Below, one piece after another: positions 1-9,989 of a DNA stretch of 64,000 nucleotides (position 1 is its first letter; each line of letters opens with the position of its first letter). Below the pieces are notes generated by a model. The model was not told the DNA's origin and searched no databases. It worked only from the letters and a program-made list of their open reading frames with translations. Both the position numbers and the translations under genes were made by a program. Location of the stretch: positions 160,001 through 224,000 of the IMG/VR virus record IMGVR_UViG_3300014590_000001; one strand, given 5' to 3'. The stretch comes from a virus. Lineage: Duplodnaviria > Caudoviricetes.

Positions 1-38
1 CACAACGTTTGCGTTTGCAACAGCGTAATGTGGCATGG

Positions 39-206
39 TTATTTCTCCTTTTCTTTAAGTGTTGATGAAAGAATCACGGAAAAAGATTGCTCAGGTTTGG
101 CAGAAACTTTTTCACGTTTGTTGGCGTGACGTTTTTCAGATTCTTGTTCCCGATCAAACTTGTTCAAACGAACAGGCGTAATTGGTGTAATGCGGGAAAG
201 TGTCAT
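39..206 (-). CDS. small hypothetical protein (55 aa, MTLSRITPITPVRLN...), absent from the ORF track
   Basis: Manually translated; GGAGGA RBS upstream; first gene after the promoter motif at 309-336. Confidence 0.6.
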   Translation of the reverse strand: MTLSRITPITPVRLNKFDREQESEKRHANKREKVSAKPEQSFSVILSSTLKEKEK

Positions 207-305
207 GCTGTAATCCTCCGTTGTGGGAAAGATACAGCGCTTCCCACGGGTTCGCGGTATTGCGTTCCCTGACTTAAATTTTACCTAAGTAAAGGCTCAA
301 TTCCA

Positions 306-339
306 AGCGGTATTTTGGACACTTATTTGCAGAGTTCTA
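306..339 (-). promoter_or_regulatory. putative phage promoter, long-form copy 1 (rc TCTGCAAATAAGTGTCCAAAATACC)
   Basis: 34 nt identical to 9418-9451; near-identical to 15883-15908 and 22250-22277; always upstream of minus-strand gene runs. Confidence 0.7.
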
Positions 340-1020
340 GCGTTTGGCGGCTACGCGTTTTTTGCCTGATTGCAAGGCAGCGGGAATAGCGGCAATGGTT
401 GATTCAACGGTATCGCCAGAGATCATAGAGAAGCCGTAAAGTTCCGTTAGCTTTTTGGTAAACTCAATTCCCCAACCGCCTTGCGATTCATGCGAAGAAT
501 CAAAATGCAACGGATCATAAAATATGTCGCATTCTTTCAGACCGTATGCTTCCGCCACTTTTCGAATGCGCCCACTTTGTTCGATACATTCAGTAGCCGA
601 CAGCGGATAATATTTCTGTTCGATGATCGTTTTAATGTTTGCAACTTCCGGAATCAACGTTGTGTTGAAGTGGAAATATTTTTCCAGCAGCGCGAACATT
701 TCTTTTTGTTTAAGTTTGAAAGTACCGAGATACAAAATGAGAGGAATTGCGTTGTGATGTTTGGATAACTCAAAACACATTTTATGATCGGGTTCCGGTG
801 CAACTTTGCCCTTCTTCATATTAGGATGAAGTTGGTGGCGATTCAGGTTGAGGTAGTTGGTTATTGTTTCAATATGTGCAGTGCTTGCACACAACTCACA
901 CATTTTTAATAAGCGCGAATCTTTCGCAGAGAATCCGCATATGACGTGAAGACGATCCAACTCAACATCATTCAACTGACCCAACGCAGCAAAGATAGGA
1001 GAGGTTAAATGTTCGTTCAT
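337..1020 (-). CDS. hypothetical protein
   Basis: 227 aa ORF co-oriented with neighbours. Confidence 0.75.
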   Translation of the reverse strand: MNEHLTSPIFAALGQLNDVELDRLHVICGFSAKDSRLLKMCELCASTAHIETITNYLNLNRHQLHPNMKKGKVAPEPDHKMCFELSKHHNAIPLILYLGTFKLKQKEMFALLEKYFHFNTTLIPEVANIKTIIEQKYYPLSATECIEQSGRIRKVAEAYGLKECDIFYDPLHFDSSHESQGGWGIEFTKKLTELYGFSMISGDTVESTIAAIPAALQSGKKRVAAKR

Positions 1021-1072
1021 AAAAATTTCCCACAGAAAAGAAAGCGGCCTGAATTAACAGGCCAACTTTGAT

Positions 1073-2977
1073 TTAGTTTTTAGCGACAAGACGATCCATC
1101 GCAGCAATAAAGATTTCAGCAAGACGCGGCGCACCAAGTTTATTTAAACTCTTGTCGCTGTATCCGCGTGACGCCAATTCTGCGATCAGTTCCTGACGCG
1201 ACAGCACCGGAATAACTTCACGATAGTTATCTGCGGTGACGTTGCGCGACTCAGGCGCGTTTTCCATTTCCGCTTCAGCGATGAATGCTTTCAGTTCGCT
1301 GGCGCTCATGGTACGAGCTTTTGTCGGCGGCATACCTAACGCAATCGCACGTTCGAAAGCAGCAGACGGCGCGGATTCGGTTTTAGTTTCTGCTACAGGT
1401 TCAACAGCAGGTTCTTCAGGCTCAACGCTGAAGAATGGAATGCCGTGTTTCGCAGCCAGTGCATTAACGCGAGAAACAAACCTGTACATTGCGTCAGCGT
1501 TTTCTTGTTCCAGACAATGTTCAAGCAGCCACTCTTCAGCTTCTTGCGCGTCGAATGAACTTGTGTCTTGTGCTGGCACAATGCTTTCGATCAACGGACG
1601 GAAGAATTGCAGACGTTTGAAATTGGTATCTTCTAACCACTCCTCGAACGCGGCCTGAAGTTTATCGCCGTAGTCAAAGTAATCTTCATTTACGTCATTG
1701 AAGAAAAGTTCCAGCAATTCGTAATGACGCTTTTCGCCAATCGTAATGAGCGATACATCTTTGCTCAGAACGTTTTCTTGCACGGCGCGGAACAACGCGG
1801 AACGCAGAGCAGAAGTTGAAGCAAGTGCGTATTTCTTTTCTTCGAGTTTGAATTCTTCGTCGTCTTCGCTCATTGCTTTCAGTGCTGCATAAAGTTCTTC
1901 GGCAGTTGCAGGAACGATTAGAGATTTACGTTTCGGAGAAGCAGGAGTTTCATCTTCATCCTCTTCATCTTCTTCGTCGAAGTCATCTTCTTCTTCGTCT
2001 TCCTCCTCTTCCTCTTCATCGTCTTCCAGTTCTTCATCATCCTTGTAGGCAGACGCGAAACGATCAATCAGTTCTTTTGCGTTGTCATCCAACTGACCGG
2101 AAACTTTTTCTTTGCCGTCGTGTACTGCAACCCAAAACGTTGCGATGATTTGCAGAGTTTGAATGAATGACAGATCGCTGAAGTGCATCCAATCGGCGTA
2201 CTGCGCAGAAGTGATCAGGTCTTTATCGTGCAGACGCTTCAGAACTTCCTGCGGGCCGATTGCACAAATTGAACGCATCAGCGCGTAGCTGCGATTTGAT
2301 GAATCGTCAATGTCGAGCATCTGAACTAACACGCGAAACGCTTCTTCGTTCCAGTGATCGAGTTCATCGCCAATATCGCTCAGGATAATATTGTCGTCCT
2401 GACGAACCAGCTTGCTCATATCCAAACGAGAGGCAAGTTGCTGCCAGCGATCCGATTCAGAATATTTATCGTAGGCGTAACGCTCACCGAAATAATTCAG
2501 CAGCACGTTAGCAGTTGGGAACATGTGCTCGTAATTGTTCAGGTTTGCATGAATGCGGCGCACCATCATCATACGCGGATCTGGATCAGATTGACGAATC
2601 ATGCGAGTTCCAATACCACACGCTTTCGCAATCTTTTCGATATTCGCATCAGACTCAAACGCCAACAGATCGTTAACGTCCATGATACGGCGCAGATTGA
2701 GGAATTCATCAATCACGTTGGACAGCGTTACGATATTGAATGCTTCGAATTCGGACGGCAGAGTTTCAGTGTCCGGATAAACGAACGCTAAAAACATTGC
2801 GGCTTCAGATCCGCGCAGTTGCTTTTGGATAAACGCCAGAACAGATTGCTCAGGCGTTGCGTTTTCAGACAGAGACTCTTCCGATTCAATCAGAGAGCGA
2901 AACAGAACAGCGATCTGGCGAATTGCTTTTACGCGAGTCTCGCCAGTTTTCGGCAGTTGGATATTAAAGTCTAACAT
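1073..2977 (-). CDS. large acidic hypothetical protein with C-terminal HeH/Rho-N-like helical modules
   Basis: 634 aa; D/E tract; C-terminal MSASELKAFIAE and LSRQELIAELASRGY...LGAPRLAEIF. Confidence 0.75.
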   Translation of the reverse strand: MLDFNIQLPKTGETRVKAIRQIAVLFRSLIESEESLSENATPEQSVLAFIQKQLRGSEAAMFLAFVYPDTETLPSEFEAFNIVTLSNVIDEFLNLRRIMDVNDLLAFESDANIEKIAKACGIGTRMIRQSDPDPRMMMVRRIHANLNNYEHMFPTANVLLNYFGERYAYDKYSESDRWQQLASRLDMSKLVRQDDNIILSDIGDELDHWNEEAFRVLVQMLDIDDSSNRSYALMRSICAIGPQEVLKRLHDKDLITSAQYADWMHFSDLSFIQTLQIIATFWVAVHDGKEKVSGQLDDNAKELIDRFASAYKDDEELEDDEEEEEEDEEEDDFDEEDEEDEDETPASPKRKSLIVPATAEELYAALKAMSEDDEEFKLEEKKYALASTSALRSALFRAVQENVLSKDVSLITIGEKRHYELLELFFNDVNEDYFDYGDKLQAAFEEWLEDTNFKRLQFFRPLIESIVPAQDTSSFDAQEAEEWLLEHCLEQENADAMYRFVSRVNALAAKHGIPFFSVEPEEPAVEPVAETKTESAPSAAFERAIALGMPPTKARTMSASELKAFIAEAEMENAPESRNVTADNYREVIPVLSRQELIAELASRGYSDKSLNKLGAPRLAEIFIAAMDRLVAKN

Positions 2978-3586
2978 TTATTCTGTTTCCTCTTCTTCAG
3001 TTTGAACTTGAGCACCAAACAGGAATTCAATAATAGATTCGTGTTCGGTTTCCGCGTTTGAAAGTTCGCCGGAGCTGCGCAGGAATGTGTCGTATTCTTC
3101 TGCGAAGTCCATGCCGTTCAGAGCTTCGATCAACCACTCACGATCTTCATGTTGTGGTTCGTTGCCGTTAATCGTGTACAGGTCACGCAGTTGTTCCAGC
3201 GTCAGCGCATCCAGTACACGGTCTTTGTGAATCTGCGGATCAACGTTGGTACTGAATTCCGCACTGATAATGTTTTGCGTTACCAGAGATTCACAATCAT
3301 TGAAGTTGAACCACAGTTCCGACTTGTGCGTAGGAATGTTGTTTGGCTTCAGGAAATGATCGTTGAAGTAATCGCGCAATGTGTCGATGTGCTTACCGCT
3401 TTCTGCGAGGCGTTGCGACAGAGCGAAAACAACTTTGGTACGCTCGACAGTGTGGGCGTTTTCAATTCCCATTGCAGCCATCAGCGCCGCCAGATCAGAA
3501 TCAGAGAACAGCGCCAGCGCGTACCACCACTCACCTTCATCGAGAAGACGAGCAATTACCAGATCGGATGTGATTTGTTGAGTCAT
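2978..3586 (-). CDS. hypothetical protein with HeH-like modules
   Basis: 202 aa; LTLEQLRDLYTING...DREWLIEAL. Confidence 0.75.
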   Translation of the reverse strand: MTQQITSDLVIARLLDEGEWWYALALFSDSDLAALMAAMGIENAHTVERTKVVFALSQRLAESGKHIDTLRDYFNDHFLKPNNIPTHKSELWFNFNDCESLVTQNIISAEFSTNVDPQIHKDRVLDALTLEQLRDLYTINGNEPQHEDREWLIEALNGMDFAEEYDTFLRSSGELSNAETEHESIIEFLFGAQVQTEEEETE

Positions 3587-3595
3587 GATTTTACC

Positions 3596-4414
3596 TTAAT
3601 CTTCGTTCGGGTTTGGAAGTTGCTTCAACATTTCAGCAGCAACTTCTTCAGTGAGTTTTTCGTATGCGTAAACCAGCGCCTCGAACACAGCAAGAGTTTC
3701 ATCTTCCGGTTTCCAGTTCGTCCAATCTACCCACTCCGCGTTGCCTTGCATTACGTCCAGTTCGTCCGTAATCATTTCAGAAGCAATGCGAGATTCTTCT
3801 AAATCTTCTTCGTAGTCTTCGTCATAAATATTAATGCCGAGTGAGCCGAGAAGATTGTCGCGTTGGCGAGTGTTCAGCGCCGTCTTCAGAAAGTCGTCAA
3901 TCTTTCTTTGCTGGCGCGTCACGTCAAAGTAATACACCGCCATTTCAAAAATATCCTGACGGTTGCGGCCTTCAAATTCTTCCGGCTGCGATTCAACCAT
4001 AAGTGCCATCAGACGTTGAGCAGACAACACAGAAACTTCTTTCGCGCTATCCTGCAAACGATCTTTATCAACCAGAACGTCACATGCACGGCAAAGGTTT
4101 TTCAAACTTTGCGAACCGATAGTCATCAGATAATCTTCGACATTCTGATCGGTAACGAATTGGAAAGCGCGTCCGAACATCGGATGTTTTTCGGCCATTT
4201 CTTTTAACTTTGAAAGTGCGTCAAAAGAGAGTATGCCATCAACGAGCTTGATTGCTGAATCTGCGAAATGGTGAACTTCACGCGGAGAACTACTTGCTTC
4301 CGCTTTATCCATTTCGTAATAGAAATATTGATCTTTGTTGCCAGAGGTACGTTCCACGGCAGTAATAAAACGAATGCCAGAAACGAGTTCAGATAAGGTA
4401 GCGTGGTCTTTCAT
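3596..4414 (-). CDS. hypothetical protein
   Basis: Track ORF 3596..4426; the ATG at 4414 has a GAGG RBS. Confidence 0.7.
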   Translation of the reverse strand: MKDHATLSELVSGIRFITAVERTSGNKDQYFYYEMDKAEASSSPREVHHFADSAIKLVDGILSFDALSKLKEMAEKHPMFGRAFQFVTDQNVEDYLMTIGSQSLKNLCRACDVLVDKDRLQDSAKEVSVLSAQRLMALMVESQPEEFEGRNRQDIFEMAVYYFDVTRQQRKIDDFLKTALNTRQRDNLLGSLGINIYDEDYEEDLEESRIASEMITDELDVMQGNAEWVDWTNWKPEDETLAVFEALVYAYEKLTEEVAAEMLKQLPNPNED

Positions 4415-4422
4415 TTTCGGCC

Positions 4423-4521
4423 TCACTTGTTATGAAGTTTTTCGCATTCTTTATGCAGACGCTGCAAGCGCCAGTTATTGAAACGGAAACGTAACTTACG
4501 GATAAATTGTTTAAAGGACAT
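4423..4521 (-). CDS. basic microprotein (32 aa, MSFKQFIRKLRFRFNNWRLQ...)
   Basis: Manually translated; fills the gap, GAGG RBS, overlaps the uvsE stop. Confidence 0.45.
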   Translation of the reverse strand: MSFKQFIRKLRFRFNNWRLQRLHKECEKLHNK

Positions 4522-5473
4522 TCTTTTGCCTCTTGAGTAAATCAACAACGGCAAGGTTTTTTGCTTTCGATTCGCACATGATATCGAATTGATCAAAAGA
4601 CAGTGCCCATTCGTTTACGAGTTGATTGTGGAAGTAATCTGCATGAGCACGTAGTTTCATTTTCGAAACAGAAAGTTTATTCTGATCCGGAAATTCATCT
4701 GACGGAACAAACTCAGGACGCGATACTGAATAGTGCATTGTGGGACGAACGCCACGCCAGCTATCTATTACCTTGTTTACAGTTTTGCTCTTAGGTTTGA
4801 TGTACTCGTTTGTCATAACCCAATGGTGATGAATATCCAGCACCACAGGAAGCAAATCAGATAGCGTTAGGCAATCGTCTACATGACTCGTCAATTCGTC
4901 ATTCTCAACAGTCAACATGCGACGACATTCAGGCGACAGACGCAGAAAGTTTTTTCTGAATCCTTGTGCGCCAAGTTTACCACTCAGGTGAATGTTGATC
5001 TTGAAGTCCTGAAACTTTTTACCATAGCCCATCATTGTTGCAATGCGCGTATGGTATTCAAGATCGCGAATTGAGTTTTCCACTACGTCCGGTCTATCAC
5101 TCGCAAGCACAGTAAATTGGCCAGGATGAAACGAAAGTCTGACACGATGCAATCGGGCAAACTCACCGAGCGCACGTAACTGATTTTCGACTTCAGGCAA
5201 AACATACTTGCGACTGACCACGCTAAAATCTTTATGCGTGAACAGCGGCAAGAGTTCGCTTGTGATTCGTACCATTCGTTTTGTCTCTGAACGGATCGCC
5301 ATCATTTTGATCATGCTTATCGTAGCGCGAACATTATGAGTTCCAATCTCAATCAGTTTTTCAATTTGCTCGTCGTGAGTTAAAAGTGACAAACGAGAAG
5401 CGGTGACGGTACGACACGGAAAAGGTTGTTTGCCATCCCTGCCCATATATTTACAAGCGAACCCTACGCGCAT
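4511..5473 (-). CDS. uvsE: UV-damage endonuclease UvsE/UVDE
   Basis: RVGFAC, RLSFHPGQFTVL, INIH, TVENDE, LDIHHHW, HYS, RAHAD, DIMCESKAK motifs. Confidence 0.95.
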   Translation of the reverse strand: MRVGFACKYMGRDGKQPFPCRTVTASRLSLLTHDEQIEKLIEIGTHNVRATISMIKMMAIRSETKRMVRITSELLPLFTHKDFSVVSRKYVLPEVENQLRALGEFARLHRVRLSFHPGQFTVLASDRPDVVENSIRDLEYHTRIATMMGYGKKFQDFKINIHLSGKLGAQGFRKNFLRLSPECRRMLTVENDELTSHVDDCLTLSDLLPVVLDIHHHWVMTNEYIKPKSKTVNKVIDSWRGVRPTMHYSVSRPEFVPSDEFPDQNKLSVSKMKLRAHADYFHNQLVNEWALSFDQFDIMCESKAKNLAVVDLLKRQKNVL

Positions 5474-5481
5474 TACTTACC

Positions 5482-5928
5482 TCAATGTTCTATGATGATA
5501 CCGAAATCACTTGCTGCAAAACTATCAGAGAGAATTGCAGAGAAGATACGTGCCTCGTAAAAATTGAATGACGCATCCGGACAAGTGTTTTCGTAAACGG
5601 TATCGGAAACTTTTCTGAAGTTTCGATCAACAAGAAACTTGTGAACGAATTCTTCCAACTTGTTTGGATCGAGTACCCACTCAAGCGAATATTTCATGAG
5701 AAGGTTTTCGATGCCTTTGCCAATCTCCGCATAATAGTAATCGGCAGACTGACCAGATTCTTGCTGGCGCAAATCAATGTACAGAGCTTGCGCCTCCATA
5801 AGCAAAGTGAATGCCTCAGCCAAATCAACTTTGACATTCTTCTCCATCTGCAAATGAAGTTCGCGCAGAACAATCGGTGTGATGGTGTCACAGCCAATCG
5901 TTTTCAGTTTAAAGTGATTCGGGATCAT
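5482..5928 (-). CDS. hypothetical protein
   Basis: 148 aa, coupled to neighbours. Confidence 0.7.
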   Translation of the reverse strand: MIPNHFKLKTIGCDTITPIVLRELHLQMEKNVKVDLAEAFTLLMEAQALYIDLRQQESGQSADYYYAEIGKGIENLLMKYSLEWVLDPNKLEEFVHKFLVDRNFRKVSDTVYENTCPDASFNFYEARIFSAILSDSFAASDFGIIIEH

Positions 5929-6764
5929 TCTTCATCCTCTTCAGCTTCTTCCAAATCTTCCAGATACGAAACCAGTAGACGACGCAGACGGTTTTCGGAG
6001 CAGCGCTCTACGGGCACAGACGAATGAACTTCGAAAACTTTAATCCAGTGCAGCAACTGATCGCGATTCATATTACGCGCTTCGTCGGCTGTAGGAGTGC
6101 AAGTATCTTCTCCGTTCTTAACGTCTTCGGTTTCAATTCCGGCTCGCTTCTCTACGTCGAGAACGTAGGCCATCAAAAATTCGCGACGTTTCTTGTTGGA
6201 ATATTCACGCAGCATAAGCGGAGTTTGAACTTTATATTTCTTCAGCCAGTAGCGAACATGATCATCTTCCATCGTTGCAACTTGCTTGCTGGAAATCATC
6301 GGAATCTTTCCGTCACTATCTTCTGTTTCTTCGATAGCCTGAAGAGAAACCCAAACCATATTTTCTGGCCCCGCGCGTTTGTGTACACGCGTTGCTTTGC
6401 CCCAACCAACAGCAACGAAACGCTCACGCAGTTCATCGTACACCGATTGAGGATCGATTGCGTCAAAGTGACACAGTTCCAAATGCAGCAGGTTCGGAAT
6501 CAGATCGAAAGTTTGTTGTGCATATTCAGATTCTAACCACTCGCAATATTCGGTGTAGTTCTTGACGTAATCGCCGCCACTGCCTTTGTGCTTGCCGTAG
6601 TACGGTGAAGGAATTTCGCCGCCAGCAATTTCAAGCAGACAACTGTTAGCGCGTTTGATTGCTTTCGCGATAAAGTCATCCTGCTTTTGTTTCTGTTCCG
6701 TTTTAAGTTCCTCAAACTGCGTTGGGGAAACTGCGTCACGCTGATCGTGTACTGGATGCCACAT
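5925..6764 (-). CDS. hypothetical protein with two tandem HeH-like repeats
   Basis: MEDDHVRYWLKKYKV...RREFLMAY and MNRDQLLHWIKVFEV...LRRLLVSY. Confidence 0.75.
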   Translation of the reverse strand: MWHPVHDQRDAVSPTQFEELKTEQKQKQDDFIAKAIKRANSCLLEIAGGEIPSPYYGKHKGSGGDYVKNYTEYCEWLESEYAQQTFDLIPNLLHLELCHFDAIDPQSVYDELRERFVAVGWGKATRVHKRAGPENMVWVSLQAIEETEDSDGKIPMISSKQVATMEDDHVRYWLKKYKVQTPLMLREYSNKKRREFLMAYVLDVEKRAGIETEDVKNGEDTCTPTADEARNMNRDQLLHWIKVFEVHSSVPVERCSENRLRRLLVSYLEDLEEAEEDEE

Positions 6765-6769
6765 AAAAT

Positions 6770-7027
6770 TTACCTCAGTTGAGAGTCTTTACTGCCCCGA
6801 CGATTATAGTAACTGACTTGAGTTCCATCGTGTTCGGCTTGATGTTTAATGCAATACTTCGCGTTAGGCATAGCTTTCAAACGCGCAGCAGGAATTTCGT
6901 TACCGCATTCTAAACAATGCGTAGAACCTTTACCGGAAAGTTGTGACCGCGCAAAATCAATTCCATTGTTTACGTTTGTTTCAATGGTGTCATTCACGCC
7001 GTCATCTTTTACAAAACCAACTGCCAT
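6770..7027 (-). CDS. DksA/TraR C4 zinc-finger protein (YbiI/TraR-like)
   Basis: CLECGNEIPAARLKAMPNAKYCIKH; C-terminal YNRRGSKDSQLR. Confidence 0.9.
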   Translation of the reverse strand: MAVGFVKDDGVNDTIETNVNNGIDFARSQLSGKGSTHCLECGNEIPAARLKAMPNAKYCIKHQAEHDGTQVSYYNRRGSKDSQLR

Positions 7028-7035
7028 TACTTCTC

Positions 7036-7344
7036 CTAATCAGGAATTCGCATCGCGCCCTGTACGTTCAGAATTTGCACGTCAGAGAAATGGAACCACA
7101 CAACAACCGGATATTTTAAATCCTCGCACTGTTCGAGTATTCTTCCTCGAACGAATTGCAGGTTACTGCGGTCATCGTTATTGGACACGAGATATTTATT
7201 TCGTGTGTACTGTTCAATCGCATCAGCAAGACCGATTGAGTTTTTAAGCAAGAACGCATCTTCGCCTAAACGAACACTGGCTTTATTCTTGCCCATCGCC
7301 TGAACAACAGTCGGATACGAACGCACAAATAATCTTTCAAACAT
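7036..7344 (-). CDS. hypothetical protein
   Basis: 102 aa, RBS present. Confidence 0.65.
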   Translation of the reverse strand: MFERLFVRSYPTVVQAMGKNKASVRLGEDAFLLKNSIGLADAIEQYTRNKYLVSNNDDRSNLQFVRGRILEQCEDLKYPVVVWFHFSDVQILNVQGAMRIPD

Positions 7345-7354
7345 TTTCTATTCC

Positions 7355-8515
7355 TTAGAAGCGACAAGAGGAACCGGAGAAGTGGAAGCGGCAACTTTCG
7401 TCTTCGTCACTCTCCCTTACAACTCGCGCACGTTTTTCGCGTACTGGCTTTTCAGGTTTCTCTGCCGGAGCGTCAACGATATCGAAATCAAACTTTTTCA
7501 GTTTTGGTTTCTTCGCTGCTTTTGCTTTCGCAGGTTTCTCACGTTGAACATTCTTAACGCTAGTAACCGGATCGTTACGTGACCAATCGTAATAAAGTTT
7601 GCCGTCCATATGGAAAACGTATTCGGTGTATTCACCTTCGTCTTCGTTCGGCTCGTAGGAACTTGCTTTCAACCATGCGCGGTTATGATTGATCCAGTTG
7701 CTAGGCAACGAGAAGCAAGACGCACACATATCAGGTTGTGGATCTGCGTCGTCATCTTCTTCAGGACGGTCAACATAGAAATGCGCAAGGAAAAGACTCA
7801 GAAGATTATCTCCATCAGACATAACATCATCTTCTGAACCCAAATCTTCTTCTTCGTACTCTTCGCGAATTTGTTTCGCGATGTGAGGCAGGTTGTAGTC
7901 AACACGAAACACAACGTCGATGTATGGATTCGCTTCCATGAACAAACGCGCTTGCTGCATTTCCCATTCGATGTTGTCAATGTTTTGAGGATTGATAACA
8001 AAGTTGATATGGAAACTTACTTGCTTACCAATCAGGCGACGGAAGCGAACCAGATCGGCGTGAGTGTAAGTGTATTCAGTTCCCATGATATCGTTGTTCA
8101 GATCCGGATCGAACGAGTGCATACTGATATTCAAGTGATGCAACTTGCTTTGCAGATCTTCGGTTGTGTTGCCGTTCAGGAAGCGCAAAATATCTTCCTG
8201 CTTATTCAGGAATCGACCGTTAGAAGTCAGGCCGATGTTTTTGATGTTTGTTGCTTCGCGAATTTCGTCCATTACTTCGAACAGATAATTCATGCGCAGC
8301 GTTGCTTCACCGCCGGATAAAGAAACGTGGTCAAACGTTCCTTCATGTTTGTTGATTTGCTCGATCAGGTTGTTCAGCCATTCACGTTGCCCTGCTTTCT
8401 TTTCCATTTCCTTTTCAGGACAGAACGAGCAGGACGCGTTGCAGGTTACAGGCAGAATCGCGGTGAAGTTGCGCATCATTTTGTTTTTCTTTTTACGGAT
8501 GTTTTTAGTTGTCAT
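7355..8515 (-). CDS. radical SAM protein
   Basis: CxxxCxxC (CNASCSFC), SGGEA, LTSNG, LNISMH motifs. Confidence 0.9.
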   Translation of the reverse strand: MTTKNIRKKKNKMMRNFTAILPVTCNASCSFCPEKEMEKKAGQREWLNNLIEQINKHEGTFDHVSLSGGEATLRMNYLFEVMDEIREATNIKNIGLTSNGRFLNKQEDILRFLNGNTTEDLQSKLHHLNISMHSFDPDLNNDIMGTEYTYTHADLVRFRRLIGKQVSFHINFVINPQNIDNIEWEMQQARLFMEANPYIDVVFRVDYNLPHIAKQIREEYEEEDLGSEDDVMSDGDNLLSLFLAHFYVDRPEEDDDADPQPDMCASCFSLPSNWINHNRAWLKASSYEPNEDEGEYTEYVFHMDGKLYYDWSRNDPVTSVKNVQREKPAKAKAAKKPKLKKFDFDIVDAPAEKPEKPVREKRARVVRESDEDESCRFHFSGSSCRF

Positions 8516-8517
8516 GA

Positions 8518-9345
8518 TTATGCCTCGTTGCGATTCTGGATAGTGATATTACGGATAAGACGTTTTAACTGTTCTTCGCTCAGGTGCGTAAGTTGCACGT
8601 CACGGAAAGGAAGAAGTTTCGACAGCACATAAACCATTTCGGCTTTAGGAATCGAATCAAGTTCCACGTCGCGACCACATGCGATAGAAACGTTCAGAGA
8701 AGAAACGACAGTGCGATCAATGAATGTGAAATTCAGAGGTTCGCACAGCGGCTGTCTAACTGAATCGAGATACTCAACAAGTTCTTCAGTAAGCATCATA
8801 CGATTCATGCGCGGAAATTCTTCTTTGCGATCCGGAATAACATCAATCAGCAAATCGCGCATAACGCCAACATCAACCATTTCAATATCAATCGCGTCAA
8901 CAGAAATCAAACGCACGATAACATCAGTCGGAAGAGAAATAGTTTTCTTCGGTTGCTTCGGCATATCATCTTTATTTGTGCAAAGATAAAACTTCAACCA
9001 GTTACGCGCATGTTGAACGCCGGAGAAAACTTGTGCTGTAAGTTTGTTGGTTGCGCGTAAAACAGTTTCATCGTCAACACGATCAACCATATCCATTCTT
9101 TCAATGGAATTTTCGTGTGCATCTAAAAGACCAACACGAACAGGTAAAGTTGTGTTCATGATAACGGTGTGTTCAGTTTGTCCGTTATCTGCAATCAGGC
9201 GAGCAAAACCAGTTCCGAAATAAATGATCAGTTCGTCATTGGTCAGGCCGTGTTTTTCGGCTACGGTTCCGACTGCATCCGTCAACTCGTCGAACGCTTC
9301 TTTGAGGAAAGGAGGCAGTTCAGCAGGGATATCTAGCGGTTTCAT
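8518..9345 (-). CDS. hypothetical protein with two HeH-like repeats
   Basis: 275 aa; RMNRMMLTEELVEY and HLSEEQLKRLIRN. Confidence 0.7.
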   Translation of the reverse strand: MKPLDIPAELPPFLKEAFDELTDAVGTVAEKHGLTNDELIIYFGTGFARLIADNGQTEHTVIMNTTLPVRVGLLDAHENSIERMDMVDRVDDETVLRATNKLTAQVFSGVQHARNWLKFYLCTNKDDMPKQPKKTISLPTDVIVRLISVDAIDIEMVDVGVMRDLLIDVIPDRKEEFPRMNRMMLTEELVEYLDSVRQPLCEPLNFTFIDRTVVSSLNVSIACGRDVELDSIPKAEMVYVLSKLLPFRDVQLTHLSEEQLKRLIRNITIQNRNEA

Positions 9346-9417
9346 ATGGTGGTTTCCTATGGGTTAAAATGACAAAAGGCTTCCCCTATAGAATACAGGA
9401 AAGCCTTTTGGATAGAC

Positions 9418-9451
9418 AGCGGTATTTTGGACACTTATTTGCAGAGTTCTA
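9418..9451 (-). promoter_or_regulatory. putative phage promoter, long-form copy 2
   Basis: Identical to 306-339. Confidence 0.7.
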
Positions 9452-9989
9452 CCGGATTCTCCGTGTGAATAAATTCAGGCGGCACTTCCTTAGTCAGCCA
9501 AACGCCGTTAGTGGAGCGGTAAACTTGATGCCCTGCTTCATGCAACGCTTTGGCGCGAATATACAACACACGGCAAAGAGCTTTGCGGCGCGAACCTACG
9601 TTTTCAGCAGTGACCCAATCTTGCGAAAGGTGAACGTGGTTTCGAGTTTGGCCTTTGAGTCCATAAACCAAAATCGAATTGAGATTGTTTACCGATGTTC
9701 CGTGATAAAGAATTTCTGGCGGCACCAAACTTTCCATATCAATTTTCACAAAGTCGAGCGAGTGACCTTGAGCGCAACGAATCTTTTTCAGATCCGGCGT
9801 GAATTCGAATCGACCTTTTTCGTCGTTCTTCACAATCGACAACAAATGATCCATGTCGATTACTTTGTTGCACTTGTTCACCAGATCTTTTGCATCGACC
9901 CAACCTTGCGAATCCATTTCCAAACCAATCTGACTTGGATTGTGTCGCAGGAAATAAGTTAGAGTAACGCCCGGACTTCTGCCTTTCAT
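9435..9989 (-). CDS. kptA: RNA 2'-phosphotransferase KptA/Tpt1
   Basis: LRH.P..IGL.MD..GW, KGRFE, IRCAQGHS, LYHGT, RNHVHLS, NGVWLT..VPP. Confidence 0.95.
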   Translation of the reverse strand: MKGRSPGVTLTYFLRHNPSQIGLEMDSQGWVDAKDLVNKCNKVIDMDHLLSIVKNDEKGRFEFTPDLKKIRCAQGHSLDFVKIDMESLVPPEILYHGTSVNNLNSILVYGLKGQTRNHVHLSQDWVTAENVGSRRKALCRVLYIRAKALHEAGHQVYRSTNGVWLTKEVPPEFIHTENPVELCK

